DNA from: Pseudomonadota bacterium
GTDB taxonomy: Bacteria; Pseudomonadota; Alphaproteobacteria; Sphingomonadales; CAKZYD01
Length of the DNA stretch: 64,000 nt
Assembly (NCBI GenBank): GCA_049324415.1
Contig: JBMOOS010000042.1
Location: 93,920 to 157,919 of the forward strand
Direction: 5' to 3'
The position numbers were made by a program, and so were the translations under genes. The notes beneath the pieces are model-generated. The model was not told the DNA's origin, did not search any database, and worked only from the letters and a program-made list of their open reading frames with translations. This document shows, in pieces, positions 19,179 to 29,924 of this stretch. How positions within the stretch are numbered: the first letter of the stretch is position 1; each line of letters opens with the position of its first letter.

Positions 19179-21392
19179 TCAAAAAACGCCCCCGATGAAC
19201 AGGAAGAGGTTGCGCGAGCCGGCGGAATTGATGCCGCCGCCAAGATATATCGGGCCGAGGAAGCTTTCCGCGCCAAGGAAGATCGAGCCGCCATAAATGA
19301 GGTTCCCAAAACGAAAATCCGCAAGGTCGTTCCAGGCATTGCCGGCCTCGAAGCTGGCGCCGATGTAAAAGGGCATGTCGGTAAGGGGCGAGCGCTCCTG
19401 CGACAGGCGGCGGTAATAGGCAAGCCCGGCGCGGGTGAGGTGCGGCCCGAACAGGGCGTCGCGCGAAAAGCCGGACATGTTGAAAAAGCCGCCCAGCCCG
19501 AAGAAATTCTGCAGCTCCTCGGCGTCCGACAGGTTGGTGGCAAACTCGCCGGTATAAAGCAGCCGCCCGCCGGCAAGGGGGCGGGCGCCGACAAAAGAGA
19601 CTTCCAGCGCCCCGGTATTCAGCGCCGAGCCCTCGTTGAGCTGGACCAGATAATTGGCGGTCAAGCTCAACCCCTGGGTGGGAAAGTTCAAGTTATCGAG
19701 GGTATCGACCTCGAACAGGACAAAAGCATCGCTCTCCCCCGCGCCGCCGGGATCGGGCGTCGCCCCTTCAAGGCGCGGGTCGACGTCGGCATAACGATAG
19801 CGCAAGCCCGCCGACAGCGCCCCCCAATTGCCGAAGATGCGCCCGGCGCGCAGAAGGGTGTTGAACTCGGCAACCCGGAACAGCCCCACCAGCGCCTTGC
19901 CCTCGCGCAGGAAAAGATTGCGCCGCGCGCCTTCCACCGCCAGCGCCGCGAAATAGCGCTGGCGCGGGTCGAGCGGCTGGTAAAGCTCGCTCGACAGGAG
20001 AAGATTGTCGCCAATCTGCAGCCGGCTGCGCCATTCGCCGCCCAGCCGGTTAAGGCCAAGGTCGGTATAGCTCAACGCCAGGCGGTAATAGGCGTCACCC
20101 TCGAAATTATCCTCGATGCCAACGCCAAAGCGCACATAGTCGGGTCCCCAGTCGCGCTGGCGGGCGGTGACGAGGAGCGCGGCGGTGCCGTCGTCCTTGC
20201 TGTCGATGGCGTAATCGACGCTGTCGAAATAATCGAGGCCGTAGATCCGGGCGATCCCTTCGCGCAAGGCCGCGCGGTCGAGCGGCTTGCCCACGTCAAG
20301 GGCCAGCATGTCCCGCAGCAGCGCTTCATCAAGAACGGAATCATGGGCAATCTTGATGGTGGTGATGACCGGCTCCAAGGCCTCAATCCGGGGGCGGTGG
20401 GCGATCCGCCAAGCGCGCCAATCGAAGGCGTCAAGGCTTAGGCTGCGCAAGCGCTCAAGCTGGGCGTTGGCCGCCGCCGTGCCGGCGGGAATGGCTTCTC
20501 CGGCCCGCTTGAAGTCGGCAAAGCCCAAGTCGTCGAGGCTGGGGCGGATGACGATGTCGCGCGCCGGGTCAAGGCTCGTCAGTTGCGCCCGCGCGTTGCG
20601 TGTCGTCATGATCGAGATCATCTGGCCAAGGACATCGGCAAAGGAGCTGGTTTCCAGCGCCGTCAGGGGCGGCTCTGAGACATCGACCACGATGACGATA
20701 TCGGCGCACAAGGCGCGGGCGACGGAAACCGGCACATTGTTGGCGATGCCGCCATCGACCAAAAGCGTCTCGCCACGCTGGACCGGCGGGAACAGGCCAG
20801 GCACCGACATCGAGGCGATGAGCGCGTCCGCCAGATTGCCGTCGCGCAACACCACTTCATCGCCGGTGGCAAGATCGGCGGCGACGGCGCGGAAAGGGAT
20901 CGGCAGGCGGTCGAAATCCTCGTGGCGCTCCACGGTCTCGGCCAGATCGCGGATCAACTGGCCGAAATTGCCGCCAAGGATAAGGCCCGGCGGCGGCGTC
21001 AGCGCGCCGTCATGCACCCCCATCTTGAAGGGGACGAGGAAATCCTTGTCGTCTTCCTTGCGCCGAAAGGTGCGGGCGCGCCGCGGCGCGGTGTTGTCGA
21101 GGACCGCGTCCCAATCGATGCGGGCAAGCATGGCTTCGAGCGCGTCCGGCTCGGCGCCGCTGGCGTAAAGGCCGCCGATGATGGCGCCAAAACTGGTGCC
21201 GGCGATGCAATCGATGGGCACCTGCGCTTCCTCGAGGACCTTGAGAACCCCGATATGGGCGGCGCCGCGGGCGCCGCCGCCGGACAGGACAAGGCCGATG
21301 CGCGGCCGCGCCTCTTGCGCTGCAAGGCCTGGCGCCGGCAAGGCGAGGATGAGGCCAGCCAGCGTCAGCGCCCTCGGCCACCCCCGGATCAT
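19179..21392 (-). CDS. patatin-like phospholipase fused to Omp85-type beta-barrel (PlpD-like, type Vd autotransporter)
   Basis: Signal peptide MIRGWPRALTLAGLILALPAPGLAA. Patatin motifs GGGARG, GTSFG (GxSxG) and DGG. C-terminal barrel ends ...LFLFIGGVF. ATG 21392 overlaps the upstream stop (ATGA). Confidence 0.8.
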   Translation of the reverse strand: MIRGWPRALTLAGLILALPAPGLAAQEARPRIGLVLSGGGARGAAHIGVLKVLEEAQVPIDCIAGTSFGAIIGGLYASGAEPDALEAMLARIDWDAVLDNTAPRRARTFRRKEDDKDFLVPFKMGVHDGALTPPPGLILGGNFGQLIRDLAETVERHEDFDRLPIPFRAVAADLATGDEVVLRDGNLADALIASMSVPGLFPPVQRGETLLVDGGIANNVPVSVARALCADIVIVVDVSEPPLTALETSSFADVLGQMISIMTTRNARAQLTSLDPARDIVIRPSLDDLGFADFKRAGEAIPAGTAAANAQLERLRSLSLDAFDWRAWRIAHRPRIEALEPVITTIKIAHDSVLDEALLRDMLALDVGKPLDRAALREGIARIYGLDYFDSVDYAIDSKDDGTAALLVTARQRDWGPDYVRFGVGIEDNFEGDAYYRLALSYTDLGLNRLGGEWRSRLQIGDNLLLSSELYQPLDPRQRYFAALAVEGARRNLFLREGKALVGLFRVAEFNTLLRAGRIFGNWGALSAGLRYRYADVDPRLEGATPDPGGAGESDAFVLFEVDTLDNLNFPTQGLSLTANYLVQLNEGSALNTGALEVSFVGARPLAGGRLLYTGEFATNLSDAEELQNFFGLGGFFNMSGFSRDALFGPHLTRAGLAYYRRLSQERSPLTDMPFYIGASFEAGNAWNDLADFRFGNLIYGGSIFLGAESFLGPIYLGGGINSAGSRNLFLFIGGVF

Positions 21393-22102
21393 CGCGCCCG
21401 CAGCCAACCGGTAACGGCATAACGGCTGCCGGCATAAGGCGGCAGGTAGCTGACCGCGTGACGCTGCGGCACGGCGAAAATGTTGAGCGCGTTGAAGGCC
21501 GGCACATAGCCGCCGACGATTTCGCTGGCCTTGTCCAGAAAAAGAAGATTGCCGCCCCAGTCGGGCCGCCAATAGGAGGTGAGGTTCAGCACATAGGCGG
21601 CGCGGCGGTTCTTGCCGGCCACGTTATCGTCATGGGCGGTCAGGAAATGGCCTGGGCCATAGAAGGTCGCTTGAGCATCGCAATAGGCGATGTCGGCAAA
21701 GCCGGTCAAAGCGCGGATGAAATCGAGATAGCGCGCCGAGTTAAGGAAGGTGAAAAGCTGCTCCAAAAGCGGATAGGCGTTGGTTTTGTGGGCGATTTTG
21801 TCGGCGATCGGATAGCTGTGGTAAAGATATTGGAAATGGTCTCGCGCCCGGGTCAGAACATGGCCCATGAGCTGCTGCCGCTGGGTGGCCGGCATGGCGT
21901 CGGTCTGTTCCGGGTGCAGGTCGTAATGCTTGTCGCCATCGTTGAACACGAGGCTCCAGGTCACCTCATTGGCAAGGCAGGCCTGGACGCGCCGCGCGGC
22001 CTCGTGCGCAAGGACCGGCTTGACTTGGACCCGCCCGTCGCGCGCAAAGCGCTCGGCCAGGCGGTCGATGTCGATGCCGTCGGCGAGCGCGAAACTGCTC
22101 AT
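21389..22102 (-). CDS. 2-oxoglutarate/Fe(II)-dependent oxygenase family protein
   Basis: 237 aa. HxD (LTAHDDN), distal His (PQRHAVS) and Arg (GSRYAVTGW) in the order expected for the P4H/PhyH-like double-stranded beta-helix. Confidence 0.65.
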   Translation of the reverse strand: MSSFALADGIDIDRLAERFARDGRVQVKPVLAHEAARRVQACLANEVTWSLVFNDGDKHYDLHPEQTDAMPATQRQQLMGHVLTRARDHFQYLYHSYPIADKIAHKTNAYPLLEQLFTFLNSARYLDFIRALTGFADIAYCDAQATFYGPGHFLTAHDDNVAGKNRRAAYVLNLTSYWRPDWGGNLLFLDKASEIVGGYVPAFNALNIFAVPQRHAVSYLPPYAGSRYAVTGWLRAR

Positions 22103-22109
22103 GGATGGC

Positions 22110-23270
22110 TCATGGAACTTTGGTTCGCTTGCTGGCGCGCGGTTTTTGCGAGGCCGATTTCAGCTGGCCGCAGGCGGCCATGATGTCGCGCCCGCGCGGG
22201 GTGCGGATGGGGGCGGAAATGCCGGACTGGAAGACGATGTCGGAAAAGCGCTCGATGCGCGTCCAGTCGGCGCAGGCATAAGGCGCCCCGGGCCAGGGGT
22301 TGAAGGGAATCAAGTTCACCTTGGCGGGGATTTTATATTGCCGCAGCAGGCGCACCAGTTCGCGGGCATCCTCATCGCTGTCGTTCTTGTCCTTGAGCAT
22401 CACATATTCAAAGGTGATGCGCCGGGCGTTGTGGGTGCCGGGATAGGCGGCGCAGGCGGCGAGCAGCTCCTCGATCCCGTATTTTTTGTTCAGCGGCACG
22501 ATCTCGTCGCGCACCGCCTTGGTCACGGCGTGCAGCGAGACAGCGAGGTTGACCCCGATCTCGGCGCCGCAGCGGGCCATCATCGGCACCACTCCGGCGG
22601 TCGACAGGGTGATGCGCCGGCGCGACATCTGGATGCCCGCTTCGTCCATGATGATGTTAAGGGCTTGTTTTACATTGTCGAAATTATAGAGCGGCTCGCC
22701 CATCCCCATCATGACGATGTTGGTGATGAAGCGCCCTTGGGTCGAGGCCGGCCACTCGCCGACATCGTCGCGCGCCACCATCAACTGGCCGACGATCTCG
22801 CCCGCCGTCAGGTTGCGCACCAGCTTTTGCGTGCCGGTATGGCAGAAGCGGCAGGACAAGGTGCAGCCCACTTGCGAGGAAATGCACAGAGTGCCGCGGT
22901 CCTCGTCGGGGATGAAGACGCACTCGGCTTCCTCGCCATCGGCAAAGCGCAGCAGCCATTTGCGGGTGCCGTCGGTGGAGGCCTGGGCGGCGACCACCTG
23001 GGGCCGGGCGATGGAAAAATGCGTCTCCATCAAGGCGCGCACCGGCTTTGAGACATTGGCCATGGCGGTAAAATCGGTGATGCCGCGGTGAAACACCCAG
23101 TGCCAGATTTGCCCCATGCGCATGCCCGCCTGCTTCTCCGGCACCCCCAGAGCGACGAGCGCCTGGCGCAGCTCTTCCCGGCCCATGCCCAGAAGGTCGT
23201 GCTTGCCGGCGGCGAGCACGGGGTCGCGGCGGGGGGCGACGATGGGGTCGGCAAGGCCGGAAACATGCAT
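22110..23270 (-). CDS. rlmN: 23S rRNA/tRNA adenine-C2 methyltransferase RlmN (radical SAM)
   Basis: [11 protein letters not shown] (Cx3Cx2C), GMGEPLYN, C-terminal catalytic Cys region AACGQL. Confidence 0.9.
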   Translation of the reverse strand: MHVSGLADPIVAPRRDPVLAAGKHDLLGMGREELRQALVALGVPEKQAGMRMGQIWHWVFHRGITDFTAMANVSKPVRALMETHFSIARPQVVAAQASTDGTRKWLLRFADGEEAECVFIPDEDRGTLCISSQVGCTLSCRFCHTGTQKLVRNLTAGEIVGQLMVARDDVGEWPASTQGRFITNIVMMGMGEPLYNFDNVKQALNIIMDEAGIQMSRRRITLSTAGVVPMMARCGAEIGVNLAVSLHAVTKAVRDEIVPLNKKYGIEELLAACAAYPGTHNARRITFEYVMLKDKNDSDEDARELVRLLRQYKIPAKVNLIPFNPWPGAPYACADWTRIERFSDIVFQSGISAPIRTPRGRDIMAACGQLKSASQKPRASKRTKVP

Positions 23271-23413
23271 GGGCTATAGGTTCCAAAAAGGGCTAACGGG
23301 CGCGGATATAATGGAATTGGCGGCAAAATCCAATGGCGATGCCACGCTTTTTGGCGCTGGTTTGCCGCCATTTCCTCCGCCAAGGGGGCGAATTGTCTTG
23401 AAATTTTCCGGAA

Positions 23414-23965
23414 TTACTTGCGGCAAGCCGCGCTGATCGCGTTATAGGCGGCGGTAAAGCCGTGCAGGGAATAGGTGTCGGTGGAGGAAAAGCCCCGCGC
23501 CGCCACCGCCTTGACGCTGAGGCTGATCCCGCTTTTCATCGCCGCGACGAGGGCGGCGTCGTCTTCGAGGCCATAGGTCCAGGCGGTCGCCTTGTCGCCA
23601 TAAAGCTCGAAGCTTTTCTCGCCCACGGTGATGACGACATCGGCGTTGCGGCGCAGGTCATAGCCGGCCGAGACCGAGACCACCCCACGCTCGCTCCGGC
23701 GCGGCCAATGGCTGACCATGAAATAGGGCTTGTCGCGCTTGACGCCCCTTTCGCTAAGGCGCGTCTCCTTCGGCATCGAGATCATATAGCACACCATGGC
23801 GCCGTTATCCTCGACATCGCGAAAGGTCGACCAATCGCGAAAATCGCCGAGATGATCGCGTTTTGTGGCGGCGCTCGCTGGACTTGCCAAGCTCGGCAAT
23901 ACCGCCCATGCGACCATGAGGACGCTGGTGATTTTCCGCCTCGTCTTCACGCTTCGCTCCCTCAT
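23414..23965 (-). CDS. invasion-associated locus B (IalB) family periplasmic protein
   Basis: Signal peptide then ...DFRDWSTFRDVEDNGAMVCYMIS..., a pattern typical of IalB-family proteins. ATG 23965 lies 2 nt after the upstream stop. Confidence 0.65.
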   Translation of the reverse strand: MRERSVKTRRKITSVLMVAWAVLPSLASPASAATKRDHLGDFRDWSTFRDVEDNGAMVCYMISMPKETRLSERGVKRDKPYFMVSHWPRRSERGVVSVSAGYDLRRNADVVITVGEKSFELYGDKATAWTYGLEDDAALVAAMKSGISLSVKAVAARGFSSTDTYSLHGFTAAYNAISAACRK

Positions 23966-23967
23966 CT

Positions 23968-24501
23968 TCAATCCTTCGCCTGGCGTCGTTGCCTTGGCCC
24001 GCCATAGGCATGGGGCGGTGCCTTGCCAGGCGGCGCGAGGCTGCTCATCGCCCGATCCGGCCAGCGGCCCAGCATGCGCAGGCGGTCATACATGACGATG
24101 GCGCCGGCGGTCGCCACGTTGAGGGAAAAGCGTGTCGGGATTTTGACCACATGGTCACACCGCGCAAGGGTCGCTTCGCTCACCGACAAACGCTCGCCGC
24201 CCAGGATATAGGCTGCCTGCAAAGGGTGGTGAAAGGCGGGGAGATCAACGGCATCCTCGACGAGCTCGACGGCGACCAGCCGGCAATGGCGCGGCAGGGC
24301 GAGGTCATGGAGCGTGGCATATTCGTAAAACGGCAGCGCGGCGTCGGATTTGGCGGTGTCGCTGGATTGGCTCATGCGGCCATAGTGGGCGCCGATGGTG
24401 AAGACGAAGGCGGCGCCAAAGCCATGGGCGGTGCGGATGAGATTGCCCACATTGCCGGCCTTCGAGGCCCGTTCGATGCCAATTGCGAAATAGCCGCGCA
24501 T
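23968..24501 (-). CDS. SpoU/TrmH-family RNA 2'-O-methyltransferase
   Basis: MRGYFAIGIERASKAGNVGNLIRTAHGFG... and C-terminal IPT..SLNVATAGAIVMYD knot motifs. Confidence 0.75.
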   Translation of the reverse strand: MRGYFAIGIERASKAGNVGNLIRTAHGFGAAFVFTIGAHYGRMSQSSDTAKSDAALPFYEYATLHDLALPRHCRLVAVELVEDAVDLPAFHHPLQAAYILGGERLSVSEATLARCDHVVKIPTRFSLNVATAGAIVMYDRLRMLGRWPDRAMSSLAPPGKAPPHAYGGPRQRRQAKD

Positions 24502-24552
24502 CCGCCTGCCATATAGTGCCGGTATCCGGCGAACCCTCCGCCGCGCCTTTCT

Positions 24553-25185
24553 TCAGCCCGCGATCCTGGCCTGGGTTTTCGCCTTCACCTCATCAAGGGT
24601 GACGCCTGGGGCAAGCTCTATCACCTTGAGCCCACCGGGAGCGATATCGAAGACGCCGAGATCGGTGATGACGCGGTCGACGACCCCGGCGCCGGTCAAG
24701 GGGAGGGTGCATTTTTGCAAAATCTTGGGCTCGCCCGCCTTGTTGGTGTGGTCCATCACCACCACCACCCGCTTCACCCCGGCCACCAAGTCCATCGCCC
24801 CGCCCATCCCCTTCACCATCTTGCCGGGGATCATCCAATTGGCAAGGTCGCCGTTTTCCGCGACTTCCATGGCCCCCAAAATCGAAATGTCGATGTGGCC
24901 GCCGCGAATCATGGCGAAGCTGTCGGCGGAGGAAAAATAGCTGGTGCGCTCAAGCTCGGTGATGGTCTGCTTGCCGGCGTTGATGAGGTCGGGGTCCTCC
25001 TCCCCTTCATAGGGGAAGGGCCCCATGCCCAGCATGCCGTTTTCCGATTGCAAGGTGACGTCGATGTCGTCCGGAATGTAATTGGCGACGAGGGTTGGAA
25101 TGCCAATGCCGAGATTGACGTAAAAGCCGTCTTGCAGCTCCTTGGCGGCGCGCGCCGCCATCTGATTGCGATCCCATGCCATCAC
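24553..25185 (-). CDS. scoB: 3-oxoacid CoA-transferase subunit B
   Basis: SENGMLG motif with the catalytic Glu. Overlaps subunit A by 4 nt. Confidence 0.9.
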   Translation of the reverse strand: MMAWDRNQMAARAAKELQDGFYVNLGIGIPTLVANYIPDDIDVTLQSENGMLGMGPFPYEGEEDPDLINAGKQTITELERTSYFSSADSFAMIRGGHIDISILGAMEVAENGDLANWMIPGKMVKGMGGAMDLVAGVKRVVVVMDHTNKAGEPKILQKCTLPLTGAGVVDRVITDLGVFDIAPGGLKVIELAPGVTLDEVKAKTQARIAG

Positions 25186-25892
25186 GCCGTCTCCCGCTTG
25201 CGGACCGTGCGCTGCTCGATGCGCTTTTCATAGGCCGCGCCCTTGATGATGCGCTGGACGAAGATGCCGGGGGTGTGGACCTGATCGGGGTCGAGGGCGC
25301 CGGTCTCCACCAGCTCCTCGACCTCGGCGACGGTGACCTTGCCCGCGCTCGCCATCATCGGGTTGAAGTTGCGCGCCGTCTTGCGATAAACAAGATTGCC
25401 TTCCCGGTCGCCCTTCCATGCCTTGACCAGCGCCACATCCGCGGTAAGGCCGCGTTCCAGGATGTAGGTCTCGCCGTCGAACGTCTTGTGCTCCTTGCCC
25501 TCGGCGATGAGGGTGCCGACCCCGGTCTTGGTGTAAAAGCCGGGAATGCCGGCGCCGCCGGCGCGGATACGCTCGGCAAGGGTGCCTTGCGGGTTGAACT
25601 CCAGCTCCAGCTCGCCGTTCAGATATTGCTGCTCGAAAGTCTTGTTCTCGCCGACATAGGAGGAAACCATTTTCCTGATCTGGCGGGTCTTGAGGAGAAG
25701 GCCAAGCCCGAAATCATCGACCCCGGCATTGTTGGAGATGACGGTGAGGCCCTTCACCCCGGACGCGCGCAAGGCAAGGATGAGGTTTTCCGGAATGCCG
25801 CACAGGCCAAAGCCGCCGGCCATGAGGGTCATGCCATCGAACAGCAGCCCTTCAAGCGCGGACGCTGCGTCGGAATAGACCTTGCTCGCCAT
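25182..25892 (-). CDS. scoA: 3-oxoacid CoA-transferase subunit A
   Basis: [17 protein letters not shown]...[10 protein letters not shown]. Start at ATG 25892 with GGAGGA upstream. Confidence 0.9.
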   Translation of the reverse strand: MASKVYSDAASALEGLLFDGMTLMAGGFGLCGIPENLILALRASGVKGLTVISNNAGVDDFGLGLLLKTRQIRKMVSSYVGENKTFEQQYLNGELELEFNPQGTLAERIRAGGAGIPGFYTKTGVGTLIAEGKEHKTFDGETYILERGLTADVALVKAWKGDREGNLVYRKTARNFNPMMASAGKVTVAEVEELVETGALDPDQVHTPGIFVQRIIKGAAYEKRIEQRTVRKRETA

Positions 25893-25968
25893 CCATTCAT
25901 CCTCCACAAGGGGTGCCCCCTTGTGTAAGCAGGGGGGCAAAACCGGTCAAGGGAGGTAACGTCGCGCT

Positions 25969-26625
25969 ATGTCGGCACCGCTCTATATCGTGCGCCACGG
26001 CGAGACGGTCTACAACCGCGCCGCGCGCATGCAGGGCCGCCAGCCGCACACCCCCTTGACCCGCGCCGGCATGCGCCAGGCCGAAGCCATGGGCCGCCGC
26101 TTGCGCGCCGAACTGGGCGCCAGGCCGGATATCGACCTGTGGTGCTCCACCGCGGGGCGGGCGCGCCAGACCATGGCGCTGATCTGCGATATCTTAGAAT
26201 GCGACTATTTCTCAGTGCGCTTCGATGATCGGCTGGTGGAAATCGACGTCGCCGGCTGGACCGAGCGCCATTATCATGAGATCGAGGCCGAGATCGGACC
26301 CTTTGTCGATCAGGCGCGCCAGCTTTACACCCGCTTTCCCGAAGGCGGCGAGGATTATCAGGCGATCGCCCGCCGGGTGGATGACTGGCTCAAGGCCCGC
26401 GACCCTCATCGCGCCGCGCTGGTGGTCAGCCACGGCATGACGGGGCGGGTCCTGCGCGGCCTTCTGGTCGGCGGTGACGGCGCGCCGGCAATGCCGGCGG
26501 ATGCGCCTCAGGGGACGATTTTTCGCATCCGGGACGGCCGGGAAGAGAGGATAGGCCCCGCCGCGCGCGATGGCCTTGCTGGCTTGAAAAGGGGCGATGC
26601 CGGCGTTTTCAAACCAAGATATTGA
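25969..26625 (+). CDS. histidine phosphatase (phosphoglycerate mutase) family protein
   Basis: LYIVRHGETVYN (RHGE motif) and a later SHG motif (VVSHGMT). Confidence 0.8.
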   Translation: MSAPLYIVRHGETVYNRAARMQGRQPHTPLTRAGMRQAEAMGRRLRAELGARPDIDLWCSTAGRARQTMALICDILECDYFSVRFDDRLVEIDVAGWTERHYHEIEAEIGPFVDQARQLYTRFPEGGEDYQAIARRVDDWLKARDPHRAALVVSHGMTGRVLRGLLVGGDGAPAMPADAPQGTIFRIRDGREERIGPAARDGLAGLKRGDAGVFKPRY

Positions 26626-26884
26626 GCACTTGGCCAGGGGCGACATATTTGGGACGGGCGCCGGCGGTCGGCGCCTCGCGGCCGAAGGGGATGGCGCGCG
26701 CCGCCTGGGCGGTTTTGCCTGGCGCATCCTCTTGCGGCTGGGGGTGCACGCTTTGCGCCGCTGGTCGGGCGGCGCCCTTGTCGCGGGCCTGCCTTTGCGC
26801 TGGCGTCTCGGGGCCCGTGCCGCGCAAGGCTTCGGCGGCCCCGTAAAGCGTCCTTAAAATGGCGGCGTCGGGTTGGACTTTCAT
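26609..26884 (-). CDS. hypothetical small low-complexity protein (91 aa)
   Basis: ATG 26884 (MKVQPDAAILRTLYGAAEAL...). Pro/Ala/Gln-rich and not recognised. Its 3' end overlaps the convergent phosphatase gene by 17 nt. Confidence 0.35.
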   Translation of the reverse strand: MKVQPDAAILRTLYGAAEALRGTGPETPAQRQARDKGAARPAAQSVHPQPQEDAPGKTAQAARAIPFGREAPTAGARPKYVAPGQVLNILV

Positions 26885-27136
26885 GGCTGTTATGCGTTTC
26901 CTGCCCGAGGCGCTTTGCAAGATGATGGTTCGTCAACCCGCCACCCTAGGGGCCATGGGTAAAGAGGCGCTAAACGAAGTCGGTTAAAATTTTAGCAATT
27001 TCGCCACTGAGGCCGAAGGCTCAGCGGCAGCGACCGGATTTATCGTCATGCGACCATGGCAACTCTTGTGACGGGACGGGTTTTGCGGCAGAACCAGCGG
27101 CACGACCGCACCGATTGACGCTTGGGAGACTTCGCC

Positions 27137-29824
27137 GTGACAGCCACCGGTTCCAACAGCCTCAAAACCCGCCGCACGCTCAAGGTCGGCGCCAAGACCT
27201 ATGCCTATTACAGCCTTGGCGCGGCGGCGAGGAAGCTGGGCGATATTTCGCGCCTGCCGTTTTCCCTGAAAGTGCTTCTGGAAAACCTCCTGCGCTTTGA
27301 GGACGGCCGCACCGTCACCGTCGCCGACATCAAGGCGGTCATCGCCTGGCAGAAAAAGCGTACCTCGACCCGCGAGATCGCCTACCGCCCGGCGCGGGTG
27401 CTGATGCAGGACTTCACCGGAGTGCCGGCGGTGGTCGACCTTGCGGCGATGCGCGCGGCGATGCGTGAGCTCAACGGCAATGTGCGCAAGATCAACCCCC
27501 TGGTGCCGGTGGACCTCGTCATCGACCATTCGGTGATGGTGGACTATTTCGGGGGCAAGGATTCCTTCAAGAAGAACGTGGCGCTGGAAATGCAGCGCAA
27601 CAAGGAACGCTATGAATTCCTGCGCTGGGGCCAGGGCGCGTTCAAGAATTTCCGGGTGGTCCCGCCCGGCACCGGCATCTGCCACCAGGTCAATCTTGAG
27701 TATCTGGCGCAAACGGTATGGACGTCGAAGGACGAGAAAGGCGCCGAGGTCGCTTATCCCGACACCCTCGTGGGCACCGACAGCCACACCACCATGGTCA
27801 ACGGCCTCTCCGTCCTCGGCTGGGGGGTGGGCGGCATCGAGGCGGAGGCGGCGATGCTTGGCCAGCCGGTCTCGATGCTGATCCCGGAAGTCGTCGGCTT
27901 CAAGCTCGTGGGCGCCCTTAAGGAAGGCGCGAGCGCCACCGACCTCGTGCTCACCGTCACCCAGATGCTGCGCAAGAAAGGGGTGGTCGGCAAGTTCGTC
28001 GAGTTTTACGGCCCCGGCCTTGATCATCTCAGCCTCGCCGATCAAGCGACGATCGCCAACATGGCGCCCGAATATGGCGCCACTTGCGGCTTCTTTCCCA
28101 TCGACCAGTCGACCCTCGATTATCTCGCATTCACCGGGCGCAAGCCGTCCCGCGTCAAGCTGGTGGAGGCCTATGCCAAGAAGCAAGGCCTGTGGCGCGA
28201 CGCCAAGACGCCGGACCCGGTTTTCACCGACACCTTGGAGTTGGACCTTGCCACGGTGGAGCCGTCCCTTGCCGGGCCGAAGCGGCCCCAGGACAGGGTC
28301 AAGCTGTCGCAGGCGACGGCCGCTTTCATGCAGGAGCTGGCGGGCGGCTTTGGCAAGGCGGGCGAGGAGGAAAAGCAAGTCCCGGTCGCTGGCGCCAATT
28401 ATGGCTTGCGCCACGGCGATGTGGTGATCGCCGCCATCACCTCGTGCACCAACACCTCCAACCCGACGGTGATGCTGGCCGCCGGCCTCGTCGCCAAGAA
28501 GGCGCTCGCCAAGGGGCTCAAGGTCAAGCCCTGGGTCAAGACCTCGCTGGCGCCCGGCTCCCAGGTGGTGACGGAGTATTTGCGCAAATCCGGTTTGCAA
28601 AAGTCCCTCGACCAGCTTGGCTTTAACCTTGTTGGCTATGGCTGCACCACCTGCATCGGCAATTCCGGGCCACTGCCCGACGCCATCTCCAAGGCGGTGA
28701 ACGCCAACGACATGGTCGCGGTCTCGGTGTTGTCGGGCAACCGCAACTTCGAAGGCCGGGTGAGCCCCGATGTGCGCGCCAATTATCTCGCTTCGCCGCC
28801 GCTGGTCGTTGCTTATGCCCTCCTTGGCTCGATGAAGAAGGACATCACCACCGAGCCCCTCGGCATGGGCAAGAATGGCAAGCCGGTTTATCTCAAGGAT
28901 ATCTGGCCGACCAACGCCGAAATCGCGGCGGTGGTCGCTAAATCGGTGACCCGCGAGCAGTTCCGCAAACGCTATGCCGACGTCTTCTCGGGCGACGCCG
29001 CCTGGCGCAAGATCAAGATCGCCAAGGGGCTGACCTATGACTGGGACGCCGGCTCGACCTATGTTCAGCACCCTCCTTATTTCGCGGCGATTGCCATGAC
29101 CCCGGCGTCCATCGGCGACGTCAAGGGGGCAAGGGCCCTGGCCATCCTCGGCGATTCGGTGACCACCGACCATATCTCGCCCGCGGGGTCGATCAAGGAG
29201 ACGAGCCCGGCGGGCCAATATCTCCTCCAGCATGGGGTCGCGCGCGCCGACTTCAACTCCTATGGCTCGCGCCGGGGCAACCATGAAGTGATGATGCGCG
29301 GCACCTTCGCCAATATCCGCATCCGCAACGAAATGCTTGCCGATGTGGAAGGCGGCTTCACCCGTCATGTGCCCTCGGGGGCGCAAATGCCGATCTATGA
29401 CGCGGCGATGAAATATCAGGGGGAAGGCACGCCCCTTGTGATCATCGCCGGCAAGGAATACGGCACCGGCTCAAGCCGCGACTGGGCGGCCAAGGGGACG
29501 CGGCTGTTGGGGGTGAAGGCGGTGATCGTCGAAAGCTTCGAGCGTATCCACCGCTCCAACCTTGTCGGCATGGGGGTGCTGCCCTTGCAATTCCCGGCCG
29601 GGGTGACCCGCAAGACCTTGCGGCTTGACGGCAGCGAGACCTTCGACATCGAAGGCATCAAGGGAAGGCTGAAACCCCGCCAGAAGGTGAAGCTGACTAT
29701 CCATCGGGGGGATGGCAGAACGGAAACGGTGAGCCTTTTGTGCCGCATCGACACCCTCGATGAGGCGGACTATTTCAAGCATGGCGGCATCCTTCATTAT
29801 GTGCTGAGGAGCCTCGCCGCCTGA
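27137..29824 (+). CDS. acnA: aconitate hydratase AcnA
   Basis: [30 protein letters not shown], ~895 aa. GTG 27137 is preceded by GGGAGA; the ORF track starts at 27122. Confidence 0.95.
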   Translation: MTATGSNSLKTRRTLKVGAKTYAYYSLGAAARKLGDISRLPFSLKVLLENLLRFEDGRTVTVADIKAVIAWQKKRTSTREIAYRPARVLMQDFTGVPAVVDLAAMRAAMRELNGNVRKINPLVPVDLVIDHSVMVDYFGGKDSFKKNVALEMQRNKERYEFLRWGQGAFKNFRVVPPGTGICHQVNLEYLAQTVWTSKDEKGAEVAYPDTLVGTDSHTTMVNGLSVLGWGVGGIEAEAAMLGQPVSMLIPEVVGFKLVGALKEGASATDLVLTVTQMLRKKGVVGKFVEFYGPGLDHLSLADQATIANMAPEYGATCGFFPIDQSTLDYLAFTGRKPSRVKLVEAYAKKQGLWRDAKTPDPVFTDTLELDLATVEPSLAGPKRPQDRVKLSQATAAFMQELAGGFGKAGEEEKQVPVAGANYGLRHGDVVIAAITSCTNTSNPTVMLAAGLVAKKALAKGLKVKPWVKTSLAPGSQVVTEYLRKSGLQKSLDQLGFNLVGYGCTTCIGNSGPLPDAISKAVNANDMVAVSVLSGNRNFEGRVSPDVRANYLASPPLVVAYALLGSMKKDITTEPLGMGKNGKPVYLKDIWPTNAEIAAVVAKSVTREQFRKRYADVFSGDAAWRKIKIAKGLTYDWDAGSTYVQHPPYFAAIAMTPASIGDVKGARALAILGDSVTTDHISPAGSIKETSPAGQYLLQHGVARADFNSYGSRRGNHEVMMRGTFANIRIRNEMLADVEGGFTRHVPSGAQMPIYDAAMKYQGEGTPLVIIAGKEYGTGSSRDWAAKGTRLLGVKAVIVESFERIHRSNLVGMGVLPLQFPAGVTRKTLRLDGSETFDIEGIKGRLKPRQKVKLTIHRGDGRTETVSLLCRIDTLDEADYFKHGGILHYVLRSLAA

Positions 29825-29924
29825 CGCCTTGGGAGACAGGGCGGCGCGGGAATGGGTTCCCGCATGTGCTTTGGCGCGGCCTTATCCGCGGAACGCGCCG
29901 CTGCGGCCAGCTGGGGACATCGGG

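Noticed and set aside
26984-29386. Very long ORFs antisense to recognised genes. Examples: 26984..29386 opposite acnA, 34208..36130 opposite sdhA, 57840..59870 opposite the TonB receptor, 60034..61638 opposite the MCP, 18468..20441 opposite argG/plpD, 10699..12522 opposite the HerA partner, 62021..63334 opposite the DASS transporter.
   Set aside because: Their translations are Arg/Gly/Ala/His/Pro-rich with no motifs, while the opposite strand carries clear family signatures and high GC3. These are classic shadow ORFs of high-GC DNA.
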